Below are positions 1-8,251 of a stretch of DNA of 64,000 nt, one piece after another. Within the stretch, counting starts at the first letter, position 1; each line of letters opens with the position of its first letter. The stretch comes from Thermoplasmata archaeon (GTDB lineage: Archaea; Thermoplasmatota; SW-10-69-26; JACQPN01; JAJPHT01). Where the stretch lies: contig JAXDQU010000106.1 in assembly GCA_034667685.1 (NCBI GenBank), positions 64,001-128,000 of the forward strand. The letters are read 5' to 3'. Under the pieces are notes generated by a model. The model had not been told where the DNA came from. It made no database searches and worked only from the letters and a program-made list of their open reading frames with translations. Both the position numbers and the translations under genes were made by a program.

Positions 1-392
1 GCGGTGAGGCGCCCGCTGAAGATGCCGCTGCCGCGCGGGTCGTTGTGGTTTTGATAGCGCACGCCCGCGGGATAGTCGGCGTGGCCGGGGCGCGGCGTGC
101 GGCGCAGGTCGGCGTAGTCCTGGCTTCGGGGGTCCTCGTTCGCGATCTCCATGAGGATCGGCGCGCCGGTGGTCTTGCCTTCGAAGACGCCGCTGCGGAT
201 CTTCACGCGGTCCGCCTCCTGGCGCTGCGTGGTAAGGAGGCTCTGGCCGGGGCGGCGGCGGTCCATCTGGGGCTGGACGTCGGCCTCGCTGAACGGGACG
301 CCGGGGGGCGCGCCGTCGACGACGACGCCCACCATCTCGCCGTGGCTCTCGCCGAGGACCGTGAGGCGGTAGCGGCGGCCGATCGTGTTCAT
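1..392 (-). CDS. aroC: chorismate synthase (3' part runs off the window)
   Basis: Manual translation MNTIGRRYRLTVLGESHG...RRRPGQS...GKTTGAP...PRPGHADY...SGRLT. ATG overlaps the aroA stop (ATGA). Not in the ORF track. Confidence 0.95.
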   Translation of the reverse strand, partial: MNTIGRRYRLTVLGESHGEMVGVVVDGAPPGVPFSEADVQPQMDRRRPGQSLLTTQRQEADRVKIRSGVFEGKTTGAPILMEIANEDPRSQDYADLRRTPRPGHADYPAGVRYQNHNDPRGSGIFSGRLT

Positions 393-1639
393 GATATCAC
401 CTGGAGGCTGGCGCCGAGGCGCTGGAAGTCGGTCAGGAAGGCGGGATAGCTGACGGCGTGCGCCTCGTGGTCGTCCAGCACGAGCGGGCCCTGCGCGGCG
501 AGGCCGCAGACGGCGAGCGCCATCTCGACGCGGTGGTCGCCTTCCGTGACGAGGCCGCCCGCGCCGTGGACCGGGCCGCCGCGGATGATGGCGCCATCCT
601 CGCGCTCGCGGGCGTCGACGCCCAGGCGCTGCAGGTTCGTCACCATCGCGCGGATGCGGTCGCTCTCCTTGAAGCGCAGGTGCGCCGCGCCGGATAGCAC
701 CGTCTCGCCCTGCGCATGGGCCGCGATCGCGCAGAGGATGGGGAAGAGGTCGGGCGTGTCGCTGAGATCGGCTTCGATCCCACGCAGCGGCGCCTTCGCG
801 ACCGTGACGCTCCGGCCGCGCGCCGCGACCCTGGCGCCGAAGCGCCGCAGCAGCTCCACGATGGCCCGGTCGCCCTGCGCGGTGCGCTCGGGCAGGTTCT
901 CCACCGTGACCTCGCCCGCAAGCGCGCCCGCCGCGAGCGGAAAGGCCGCGGTGCTGAAGTCGCCCGGCACCGGGTAGTCGCGCGCGCGGTAGCTCTGACC
1001 GCCGGGCACCGCGAGCCCATCCACGCGCGCCCCGAAGTCGCGCATCATCTCCCGGGTGATATCAACGTACGGCTCGCTCTTGAGCGCGCCCTCGATCTCC
1101 ACCGTGACGCCCTGCGGCGTCCGGGCGCCGGCGAGGAGCAACGCGCTCACGAACTGGCTCGACACATCGCCGGGAAGACGCGCGCGTCCCCCCTGGAGCG
1201 GCCCGCGGATGGCGAGCGGCGCATTGCCCTCGGCGCTCGTCGTCTTGGCGCCCAGCGACTCCAGCGCCGCGAGGAGCGGGCCCATCGGACGCTTGCGCAG
1301 CGAGGCGTCGCCCGTGAGCCGGACTTCCGCGCCCGAGAGCGCGACGATCGCGCTGAGCAGCCGCAGCGTCGTCCCGCTGTTGAGGCAATCGATCGTCTCG
1401 CGGGGCGCGCGCACGACGCCGTCGCTCGTGATCCGGATCGCCTCGCCGCGCTCGACCGTGGCGCCGAGCATCTCGACCGCCTGGAGCGTGGCGCGCGGGT
1501 CCTCCGAGAGGAGCGCGTCGCGCACCGTGGTCGTGCCCTCGGCGAGCAGGCCCAGGAGGAGCGCGCGGTGCGTGTAGGACTTGGAGGGCGCGGCCTTGAC
1601 CGTGCCGTGGACCGACGAGGGCGAGACGCGGAGGCTCAT
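389..1639 (-). CDS. aroA: 3-phosphoshikimate 1-carboxyvinyltransferase (EPSP synthase)
   Basis: SKSYTHRA, NSGTTLR, SSQFVSALL, LRFKESDR and DHR motifs. Start MSLRV overlaps the aroK stop. Confidence 0.95.
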   Translation of the reverse strand: MSLRVSPSSVHGTVKAAPSKSYTHRALLLGLLAEGTTTVRDALLSEDPRATLQAVEMLGATVERGEAIRITSDGVVRAPRETIDCLNSGTTLRLLSAIVALSGAEVRLTGDASLRKRPMGPLLAALESLGAKTTSAEGNAPLAIRGPLQGGRARLPGDVSSQFVSALLLAGARTPQGVTVEIEGALKSEPYVDITREMMRDFGARVDGLAVPGGQSYRARDYPVPGDFSTAAFPLAAGALAGEVTVENLPERTAQGDRAIVELLRRFGARVAARGRSVTVAKAPLRGIEADLSDTPDLFPILCAIAAHAQGETVLSGAAHLRFKESDRIRAMVTNLQRLGVDAREREDGAIIRGGPVHGAGGLVTEGDHRVEMALAVCGLAAQGPLVLDDHEAHAVSYPAFLTDFQRLGASLQVIS

Positions 1640-2523
1640 GATAGCACCTCGGCGCGCGCGTTGGTGGGGCGCGTCAGGAGGACCTGCGCGTTGGGGGCGA
1701 GGCTCCGCAGCGCGCTCTCGACGGCCTTGGTGTCGGCCTCGCGCGCGACCGCCGCGAACGCGGGGCCCTTGCCCGAGACGCCCGCGGCGAGCGCGCCCGA
1801 CGCAAGCGCGGCGCGGGTCCACCCGGGAGACGTGCCGTAGAGCGCGCCGCAGACGAGGCCGTTCATCGTCATCGCATCCGCCCAACGCCCGACCCGCGCG
1901 AGCGTGTGCGCCTCCAGCGCGAGCGGCGCGAAGGGCGCGTAAGGCAGGTCCTTGACCGAGAGAGTAGGAGTCTTGGTGGAGGGAACTAGGAGGATAACAC
2001 GGAGCGACTCGTCCACGTCCTCGCGGTGGAGCACCTTCCGCTGGCGGTTGTCCGTCACGACGAGGCCCCCCTGCATGGAAGCGCTCGCATCGTCGAACGC
2101 GCCCGTGATCGTGACGCCCGCGTCGAGCGCGGCCTCGATGGCGGCGTCGAGCAACGCCGCGCGATCCAGCGCGCGCCCCTCGTAGAGCTGGAAGGCGCGG
2201 TTCGCGGCCAACACGATGGCATTGGCCGCCGCGCTGCTGGATTTCAGCCCGCGGGTCGCGGGGATCGTGCTGGTCGTCTCGACGCGACCGCCCCAATCCG
2301 GCTCGCCCAGGCGCGCGACGACGGCCTTGAGCGCGAGACGCGCCAGCATCGGGTCCTCCGCCTCCTCCCCGTCGATCACGACCTCGACCTCGGGCACGTC
2401 CTCGAGCAGCGTCACCTTGGCCTCCGTGCGCAGGTCCACCGCGAACGCCGCCCCCGCGTGGCCCGTGACGATGGCGTTGACGACGCTCACCGCGCCCTGG
2501 GCGAACGCGCGCGCCACGCTCAT
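1636..2523 (-). CDS. aroK: archaeal shikimate kinase (GHMP family)
   Basis: GAVSVVNAI, GLKSSSAA, TITGAFDDA and SGKGPA motifs; lies in the aro operon. Confidence 0.93.
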   Translation of the reverse strand: MSVARAFAQGAVSVVNAIVTGHAGAAFAVDLRTEAKVTLLEDVPEVEVVIDGEEAEDPMLARLALKAVVARLGEPDWGGRVETTSTIPATRGLKSSSAAANAIVLAANRAFQLYEGRALDRAALLDAAIEAALDAGVTITGAFDDASASMQGGLVVTDNRQRKVLHREDVDESLRVILLVPSTKTPTLSVKDLPYAPFAPLALEAHTLARVGRWADAMTMNGLVCGALYGTSPGWTRAALASGALAAGVSGKGPAFAAVAREADTKAVESALRSLAPNAQVLLTRPTNARAEVLS

Positions 2524-3977
2524 GATAGCACGCTCCGCATCGCGTCGAGGGGCGCCTCGCGGCCCGTCCAGAGCTTGAACGCGCGCGCCCCCTGGTGCAG
2601 GAGCATCGCCCGCCCGTCCACCGCCACGAGACCGCGCGCGCGGGCCTCGCGGACCAGACGCGTGCCGCCCGGCCGGTAAACCGCATCGAGCAACGCCGCC
2701 CCGGACCCGAGACGCGCGACGTCGATCGGGCTTTCGTCCTGGTGGAGCCCCACCGTCGTGCAGTTCACGACGAGCGCAAAAGGAGCAGGGTCCGCGCCCC
2801 ACGGCAGCACGGCAAAGCCCAACGCCGCCGCCTTCTCGGCCGTCCGGTTGCTGACCGTCACGCGCGCCCCGGCGCCCGCCAACGCATGCGCCACGCCACG
2901 CGCCGCGCCCCCCGCGCCCAAAACGAGCGCACCGAGCCCGCGGACCGCGACACCCGCCTCGGCCAGCGCATCGAGCGCCCCCGCGCCATCCGTGTTGTGC
3001 GCCTCCACCTTGCCGTCGCGGAACACGAGCGCGTTGGCCGCGCCCGCCGCCCGCGCCTCCGGCGAGACGACGTCCACCAGGTCCAACGCCGCGACCTTGT
3101 GCGGCACCGTCAGGCTGACGCCCAAGGGCGGCGCGGCCCGAAAGCCCGCGATCGCCGCATCCAGGTTCTGCGGCGCGACGTCCAACGCAAGATAGCACGC
3201 ATCGAGACCGAGCGCGCGGAACGCCGCGTTGTGCATCGCGGGCGAAAGCGAATGCGAGACGGGATGGCCCACGACGTAGGCCGCGCGCGTCGCCGCGCCG
3301 AAGCTAGATCTGCTGAGATCTAGCTGGACCCGGCGCAGCGCGTCGAGGGGCACCTGCCCCGCGGTCGCGGCTGGCGCGCCGGGCACGCTGCCATACGCGA
3401 GCGCGAGGCCCAGCGCGGGCGCAAGCAGGCGCAGGAACGGATCGTTGACCGCCATGATCGCGCACGGGATCTTCTCCTGGCGGGCGCGTTGGGCGGCTTC
3501 GACGAGCGCGGCGGCGTCCTGCGGGCCCTGGACGAACGTGGCGATCTTGGCGACGTCGGCGCCCAGCGCGCGCATCTGACGCAGCGTGGCGAGGAGCGCG
3601 TCGGCGCTGGGCGTGCCGGCGAGGTCGTGCTGCGAGACGATCGCCTGGGCGTCCATGGCGTGGGCTTCGGCGACGAGGGCGCGCGCTTCGTCGTTGGCGA
3701 GCTCGACGTCGATCGCCTTGGCGCCGGCCCGGAGCGCGCGGCGGAGGATATCGTTCCGGGTCTTGTCGTCAGCATGGCTACGGCCGCCGTCGTCCGCGTG
3801 GCGCATGGTGGCGATGCAGGGCTTGGCGAAGCTGAAGAACGCGCGCAGGTCCCAGGGCAGGCCGCTGGGCCCGTCGAGGCGGATCTCGATCCAGTCGGCG
3901 TGGGCCTCGGCGGCCCGGGCGCGGGCGTAGAGCTCGTCGGGCGTCTCGCCGATGGCCGTCGCGACGAGGAGCGTCAT
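2520..3977 (-). CDS. aroD-aroE: fused type I 3-dehydroquinate dehydratase / shikimate dehydrogenase
   Basis: N-terminal EIRLD...TMR..DGG..DVEL..SQH..KIA (AroD). C-terminal GHPVSHSLSPAMHN, TVPHK, NTDG, GAGGAA, MLLHQG (AroE). Confidence 0.92.
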   Translation of the reverse strand: MTLLVATAIGETPDELYARARAAEAHADWIEIRLDGPSGLPWDLRAFFSFAKPCIATMRHADDGGRSHADDKTRNDILRRALRAGAKAIDVELANDEARALVAEAHAMDAQAIVSQHDLAGTPSADALLATLRQMRALGADVAKIATFVQGPQDAAALVEAAQRARQEKIPCAIMAVNDPFLRLLAPALGLALAYGSVPGAPAATAGQVPLDALRRVQLDLSRSSFGAATRAAYVVGHPVSHSLSPAMHNAAFRALGLDACYLALDVAPQNLDAAIAGFRAAPPLGVSLTVPHKVAALDLVDVVSPEARAAGAANALVFRDGKVEAHNTDGAGALDALAEAGVAVRGLGALVLGAGGAARGVAHALAGAGARVTVSNRTAEKAAALGFAVLPWGADPAPFALVVNCTTVGLHQDESPIDVARLGSGAALLDAVYRPGGTRLVREARARGLVAVDGRAMLLHQGARAFKLWTGREAPLDAMRSVLS

Positions 3978-3978
3978 G

Positions 3979-4980
3979 CTATCGCTCCGTGACCGTCTCG
4001 TCGACGCTCATGCCGAAGTGGCGGCCGCCCCGGTCGAGGCGCACGAGGATGATATCGCCTGGCGCGAGCGCGACGACGCTCTTGGTGCCTTGGGGGCCCA
4101 CGAGGCGGATGGTCTCGGCGTTCTGGACGAGGGTGGCGACGTGCTTGCCCTCGGGCGTCTGCGCCTCGATGAGCAGGAGGGGGCGGCGCTCGATCTTCAC
4201 GCGGCCCAGCACGACCTTGCGGGCGTGGCCGTCGCGTCCCACCGCGAGGACCTCGTCGCCGGCGCGCAGCTCGGAAAGATATCGCGTCCCGCCGCCCGGG
4301 ACGAGGCAGTAGGCGTGGACGGCGCCCGCGTTCACCCGGAACGGCCGCGCGGCGACGTAGCCGCTCTCGCGCGCCTCGGACGCGACGAGGAAGAGCGCGC
4401 CGCTCGCGTTGCCGCACAGGACACCCTCGTCCTCGGCCAGGAGGCTGGCGGTATCGAGGCAGGCGCGGTCGCCGGCGCCCACGGGGTGGATGCGCGTGAC
4501 GCGGGCCTCCACGAGGCTCTCTTGGGCGGCGGCCTTGAGCGCGTCGGCGGCCGCGCGCGCGTGCTTGGCCGGGAGGAGGACGACGTCGACGCCGCTCTCG
4601 AGCGTCTCCAGGAGCACCTTGGCGTCGGCGGCGTCGGCGGCGGTGGCGATCAGGCGCGTGCCCTGCCGGCGGTAGGCGGCGATGAGGTTCTCGTGCGGGA
4701 TCACGCGCCAGTCGCGCGCGTCGACGTGCACGGCCTCGTGCCGGCCGGCCATCTGGAGCGCGCGGGCCTGGTCGTCGGGCGTGCGGATCTCGACGCGCGG
4801 CGCGAGGAGCGCATCGCCTTCGCGCAGCCCCTGCTCGTCGAGGCGCAGCACGCGGACGCGCGCGAGGCCTTGCGGAAGCTCGCCCTGCGCGACGAAGGTG
4901 GTGAAGCCCGCCTCCAGCGCCTCGGTCATTGCCGCTTGGGGCGACTTGGCGGGGAGGAGGATCCAGACGCGCTCGATCAC
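3979..4980 (-). CDS. aroB': 3-dehydroquinate synthase II (archaeal type)
   Basis: WRVIPHENLIA, GDRACLDT, RPFRVNAGAVHAY, GRVKIERRPL, QNAETIRL and RHFG motifs. Confidence 0.93.
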   Translation of the reverse strand: MIERVWILLPAKSPQAAMTEALEAGFTTFVAQGELPQGLARVRVLRLDEQGLREGDALLAPRVEIRTPDDQARALQMAGRHEAVHVDARDWRVIPHENLIAAYRRQGTRLIATAADAADAKVLLETLESGVDVVLLPAKHARAAADALKAAAQESLVEARVTRIHPVGAGDRACLDTASLLAEDEGVLCGNASGALFLVASEARESGYVAARPFRVNAGAVHAYCLVPGGGTRYLSELRAGDEVLAVGRDGHARKVVLGRVKIERRPLLLIEAQTPEGKHVATLVQNAETIRLVGPQGTKSVVALAPGDIILVRLDRGGRHFGMSVDETVTER

Positions 4981-5765
4981 AGGTCGCGGACCACCTCGTC
5001 CAGCGTGGCCTTGCCGTGGACGAGGCGGCCCACGGCGCGCGTGATGCCGGCGACGTCCTTGTGCTGCCAGAGGTTGCGTCCGACCGAGACGCCCGCGCCG
5101 CCCGCGGCGAGCGAGCCGGCGACCATCTCCAGGAAGGCGCGGTCGGTGTCGGCCTTGGGGCCGCCGCTGATGACGACGGGCACGTCCACGGACCGCACGA
5201 CCTCGCGGAACGTGTCGGGCGAGCCCGTGTAGGGGACCTTGATGATATCAGCGCCCAGCTCGTAGCCTAGGCGCGCGACCTTCTTGACGAGCTTGAGGTC
5301 GTGCGGGTTGGTGATCTCGTGGCCGCGCGGGTACATCATGGCCAGGAGCGGGAGGCCGTAGCGGTCGCAGTCGTCCGAGAGACGGCCCACGTCCTCGATC
5401 ATGCGCGACTCCTCGGGGCTGCCGACGTTCACGTGGACCGAGAGCCCGTCCGCGCCCAGGCGGAGCGCCTCCTCGACCGACGCGACGACGCGCTTGTCGT
5501 TGGGGTCGGGGTTGAGGCCCGTGCTGGCGCTCACGTGGAGCCACACGCCCATCCCGCCGACGCTGCCCGCCAGCGAGCGCACGACGCCCTTGTGGACGAC
5601 GATGCTGTCGGCGCCGCCCCGCGCGACGGCGGCCGCGGTCTCGGCCGGCCGCTCCAGGCCGGGGAGGGGGCCGTCGCTGACGCCGTGGTCCATGGGGACG
5701 ATGACGCCCTTGCCTTCCGCACCGAGGAGGCGGCGGAGCCGGAGCCGCTTGCCAACGCTTGTCAT
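4977..5765 (-). CDS. aroA': 2-amino-3,7-dideoxy-D-threo-hept-6-ulosonate synthase (class I aldolase)
   Basis: GKRLRL, PMDHG, PLLAMMYPRG, ELGADIIK and GRNLWQH motifs; first gene of the operon, adjacent to aroB'. Confidence 0.9.
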   Translation of the reverse strand: MTSVGKRLRLRRLLGAEGKGVIVPMDHGVSDGPLPGLERPAETAAAVARGGADSIVVHKGVVRSLAGSVGGMGVWLHVSASTGLNPDPNDKRVVASVEEALRLGADGLSVHVNVGSPEESRMIEDVGRLSDDCDRYGLPLLAMMYPRGHEITNPHDLKLVKKVARLGYELGADIIKVPYTGSPDTFREVVRSVDVPVVISGGPKADTDRAFLEMVAGSLAAGGAGVSVGRNLWQHKDVAGITRAVGRLVHGKATLDEVVRDL

Positions 5766-5833
5766 GGTCTGTCGAGGGTGTATACGCGCGGGCATATCAA
5801 GACATTGCTCCGCAAGATTGGTCATCGCCACTG

Positions 5834-5854
5834 TCCAGAAGTCGCCATTCTGGA
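5834..5854. promoter_or_regulatory. inverted repeat TCCAGAA-N7-TTCTGGA in the divergent aro/regulator promoter (candidate operator)
   Basis: Perfect 7-bp arms immediately upstream of a TTTATG TATA-like box. Confidence 0.4.
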
Positions 5855-5893
5855 AGGATTTATGACTCCGCTGCGCATCCTCGATCATTGGCC

Positions 5894-6394
5894 ATGTGGG
5901 ACCTTCTCACGCGCTACTTCCAGCGCTTCCCCGCCCAGAGCCGCGTCGCCCAGACGCTCCTCACCCAGGGACTGAGCGTGCGCGACGACGGCGTCTACTC
6001 GGGAGAGGTCGCCATCAGCGACACGGCCCTCGCCCGCGCGTGCGGCGTCGACCGGCGCATCATCGCCGCCACGGTCGAGACCATCCGCCGCGAGCCGGAG
6101 CTCCAGAAGGTCTACTCGCGTCTCCAACCCACCGGCCTCCTCAAGGACGTCGCGCCGCAGCTGCGCTGGGGCGTCATCGAGATCGTCCCCAGCGACGCGC
6201 GCGAGCCCGGCATCCTCGCCCACGTCGCCACCGTCATCGCCAAGCGCGGGCTCTCCATCCGCCAGGCCATCGTCGACGACCCCGACCTCGTCGAGGAGCC
6301 GCGCCTCTACGTCATCACGGAAGCGCAGGTGCCCATGGACGTCATCAGCGAGATCCGCGAAGGGCACGGCATCAAGAGCGTCGTGATCTCGTAA
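5894..6394 (+). CDS. HTH + ACT-domain regulator of amino-acid metabolism (COG2150-like)
   Basis: FQRFPAQ..VA, ARACGVDRRII HTH, PGILAHVATVIA..LSIRQ ACT motif; divergent from the aro operon. Confidence 0.85.
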   Translation: MWDLLTRYFQRFPAQSRVAQTLLTQGLSVRDDGVYSGEVAISDTALARACGVDRRIIAATVETIRREPELQKVYSRLQPTGLLKDVAPQLRWGVIEIVPSDAREPGILAHVATVIAKRGLSIRQAIVDDPDLVEEPRLYVITEAQVPMDVISEIREGHGIKSVVIS

Positions 6395-6433
6395 CGGCGC
6401 GCGGACTTGTTTCCTGCAACGTGTTCCGTGCTT

Positions 6434-6575
6434 CCGTGCAACGTGAACGTGGAACGAACGCCGTGAACGAGAACGTGAACGACCGTCCCGGCTAGATCTG
6501 GCCAGATCTAGCCGAGCCGCGGCGCCGTCCTGCCGTTCACGTTCACGGCCAACGTTCACGTCGCACGTTGCACGG
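6434..6575. repeat. long imperfect inverted repeat with a central perfect 26-bp palindrome
   Basis: Ends CCGTGCAACGTG / CACGTTGCACGG; GTGAAC repeats versus GTTCAC repeats; palindrome CGGCTAGATCTGGCCAGATCTAGCCG at 6489-6514. Confidence 0.85.
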
Positions 6576-6651
6576 GACGCGCCCAAGTCGCCTGCGCCTG
6601 GAGCAAGCCATCATGTGCTCGCCGCGGGTTGAGGACGGCGTGCGCCCCCGC

Positions 6652-7104
6652 ATGGTCTGGTACCGCTACCGGCGCGAGTTCCCGCACGGCGCGCAGGAAT
6701 GCTATCGGTGGCTCACGGACTACCAAGACCACGACCCCGACCTGGCCAACCGGAACATCCTCCAGGAGCGGCAGGTCGAGTCGCGCAGCCCGGAGCGCGT
6801 CGTGATGCGCGTGCGCAACGACGTCCTGGGGCGCAGCATGGCCGGGCGCGCGGAGGTGCGCCTGTTCCCCGAGGAATTGCGCTACGAGGCGCGCCCGCTC
6901 GAAGGCGATGGCGGCGGCCTTCTCTACACCTATCGGCTCACGCCCCTGGGGCCCGGCCGCGCGCGGCTGGAGGTCGCCTACGGGCACCGCGCGCGGAAGC
7001 TGAAGCGCTGGCTTCAGCTGCAGCTCGCGCGCCTGGCCGCGCTGCGCCGCATCGCGCGCATGTGGGACGGGTTCGCCGACGCGATGGCGAAGGACCTGGG
7101 CTGA
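6652..7104 (+). CDS. SRPBCC/START-like hypothetical protein
   Basis: YRWLTDY..D pattern, alternating beta-strands and a C-terminal helix; host-like codon use. Confidence 0.6.
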   Translation: MVWYRYRREFPHGAQECYRWLTDYQDHDPDLANRNILQERQVESRSPERVVMRVRNDVLGRSMAGRAEVRLFPEELRYEARPLEGDGGGLLYTYRLTPLGPGRARLEVAYGHRARKLKRWLQLQLARLAALRRIARMWDGFADAMAKDLG

Positions 7105-7170
7105 ACGCCTGGCGCGCCGAAGCGGATTCGGGGGCAGGTTCATCTGATCCGGCGGCCAAGCACAGGCCAC

Positions 7171-7356
7171 ATGCCTGGCCGCAAGAACCCGTCGAGCCAC
7201 GACAACGAGGACCTGCGCGACTTCCGCCGCTTCCAGGCGCGCCTGCGCGGCGAAGGCGTCGTGGGCGACCAGGCGCCCGGCATGGACATCCTCGCCTCGC
7301 CGCGGCCGGACGCTGAAGTCCGGCGGTCGAAGCACCGCGAGAATTTTAGGCGATAG
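7171..7356 (+). CDS. small hypothetical protein (61 aa)
   Basis: ATG-start ORF with host-like codon use in an otherwise empty gap. Confidence 0.45.
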   Translation: MPGRKNPSSHDNEDLRDFRRFQARLRGEGVVGDQAPGMDILASPRPDAEVRRSKHRENFRR

Positions 7357-7422
7357 GGGGTTCGGGGGCGCAGCCCCAACGTCTGGACCTCGTCTCAACC
7401 TGGGGTTGAGATTCCGTTCGCG

Positions 7423-8193
7423 CTACGTGAAGCCCGCGCGACTCTCGATGACCACACTTTGGATGACCGTCTCAGGCACGAATCGCGCGTCCATGTCCGA
7501 CGCAGCCGGTCCGGTGAGGTCCCGGACGTAGAATCCGTCGGGCGTCTGAGCCACGAAGAAGAACGTCTGGTTGTCCAGGTCGGACGGGGCCGTCGTGTGG
7601 AGCGTGACTACCTTGTAGCTTGAGCGATGGGCAAGCGCGTCGTCGGCGGCGTTCCTGCCAAGCTCGGAGGCGCCGAACGTGACGAAAGCGACGACGAGGA
7701 ACACGCCGAGCGCGAGCATCCCAAGCGAGGACGCAGTCTCCGGGTCCTTCCGCTGCCACCTGCGGACGAGAAGAACGCCCACCACGCAAGCCACAATGAG
7801 CAGGAGCACCAGGCCGATGCCCCAATCCTGCGCGATGGGGCGCCCCGCAAGGGTCAGCGTGGTCACGGCGTGTGGCGTGAACGAGCTGAGCAGGAAGATG
7901 AACGCGACGATGATCGTCAACACAGCGATCTCGGCAGACGTTGCTTCACGAGGCAACCGTCGGAACTGGACGAAGAAGCGGCGGACCAGGATCGCGGCGC
8001 CGCCGAGGACCACCAACCACATCGACATGACGAAGCCTTGGATCACGAGGGTCTGCGGCGCACGGACGATGACGTTCTCGGGCACGCGCATTCGGACGTC
8101 GTAGGACGCGAACCAGAGCGTGCCCATGAACAGCCAAGCGCCCGTGACGAGGGCGACGAGGAATGCGCCATCGAGGGGGCGAGGCAACTTCAT
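7423..8193 (-). CDS. multi-pass membrane hypothetical protein
   Basis: About 5 hydrophobic segments plus a C-terminal soluble beta region; slightly lower GC. Confidence 0.7.
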   Translation of the reverse strand: MKLPRPLDGAFLVALVTGAWLFMGTLWFASYDVRMRVPENVIVRAPQTLVIQGFVMSMWLVVLGGAAILVRRFFVQFRRLPREATSAEIAVLTIIVAFIFLLSSFTPHAVTTLTLAGRPIAQDWGIGLVLLLIVACVVGVLLVRRWQRKDPETASSLGMLALGVFLVVAFVTFGASELGRNAADDALAHRSSYKVVTLHTTAPSDLDNQTFFFVAQTPDGFYVRDLTGPAASDMDARFVPETVIQSVVIESRAGFT

Positions 8194-8251
8194 GCCCGCC
8201 CAAGCTCCGCCGGCAGGCAAGAACTGCGCGGAACGCGTCGGCTGTTACGCG

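Noticed and set aside
7356-7378. GGGGGTTCGGGGGCGCAGCCCC REP/oriT-like motif
   Set aside because: Single short copy in the window with no relaxase or transposase; insufficient support.
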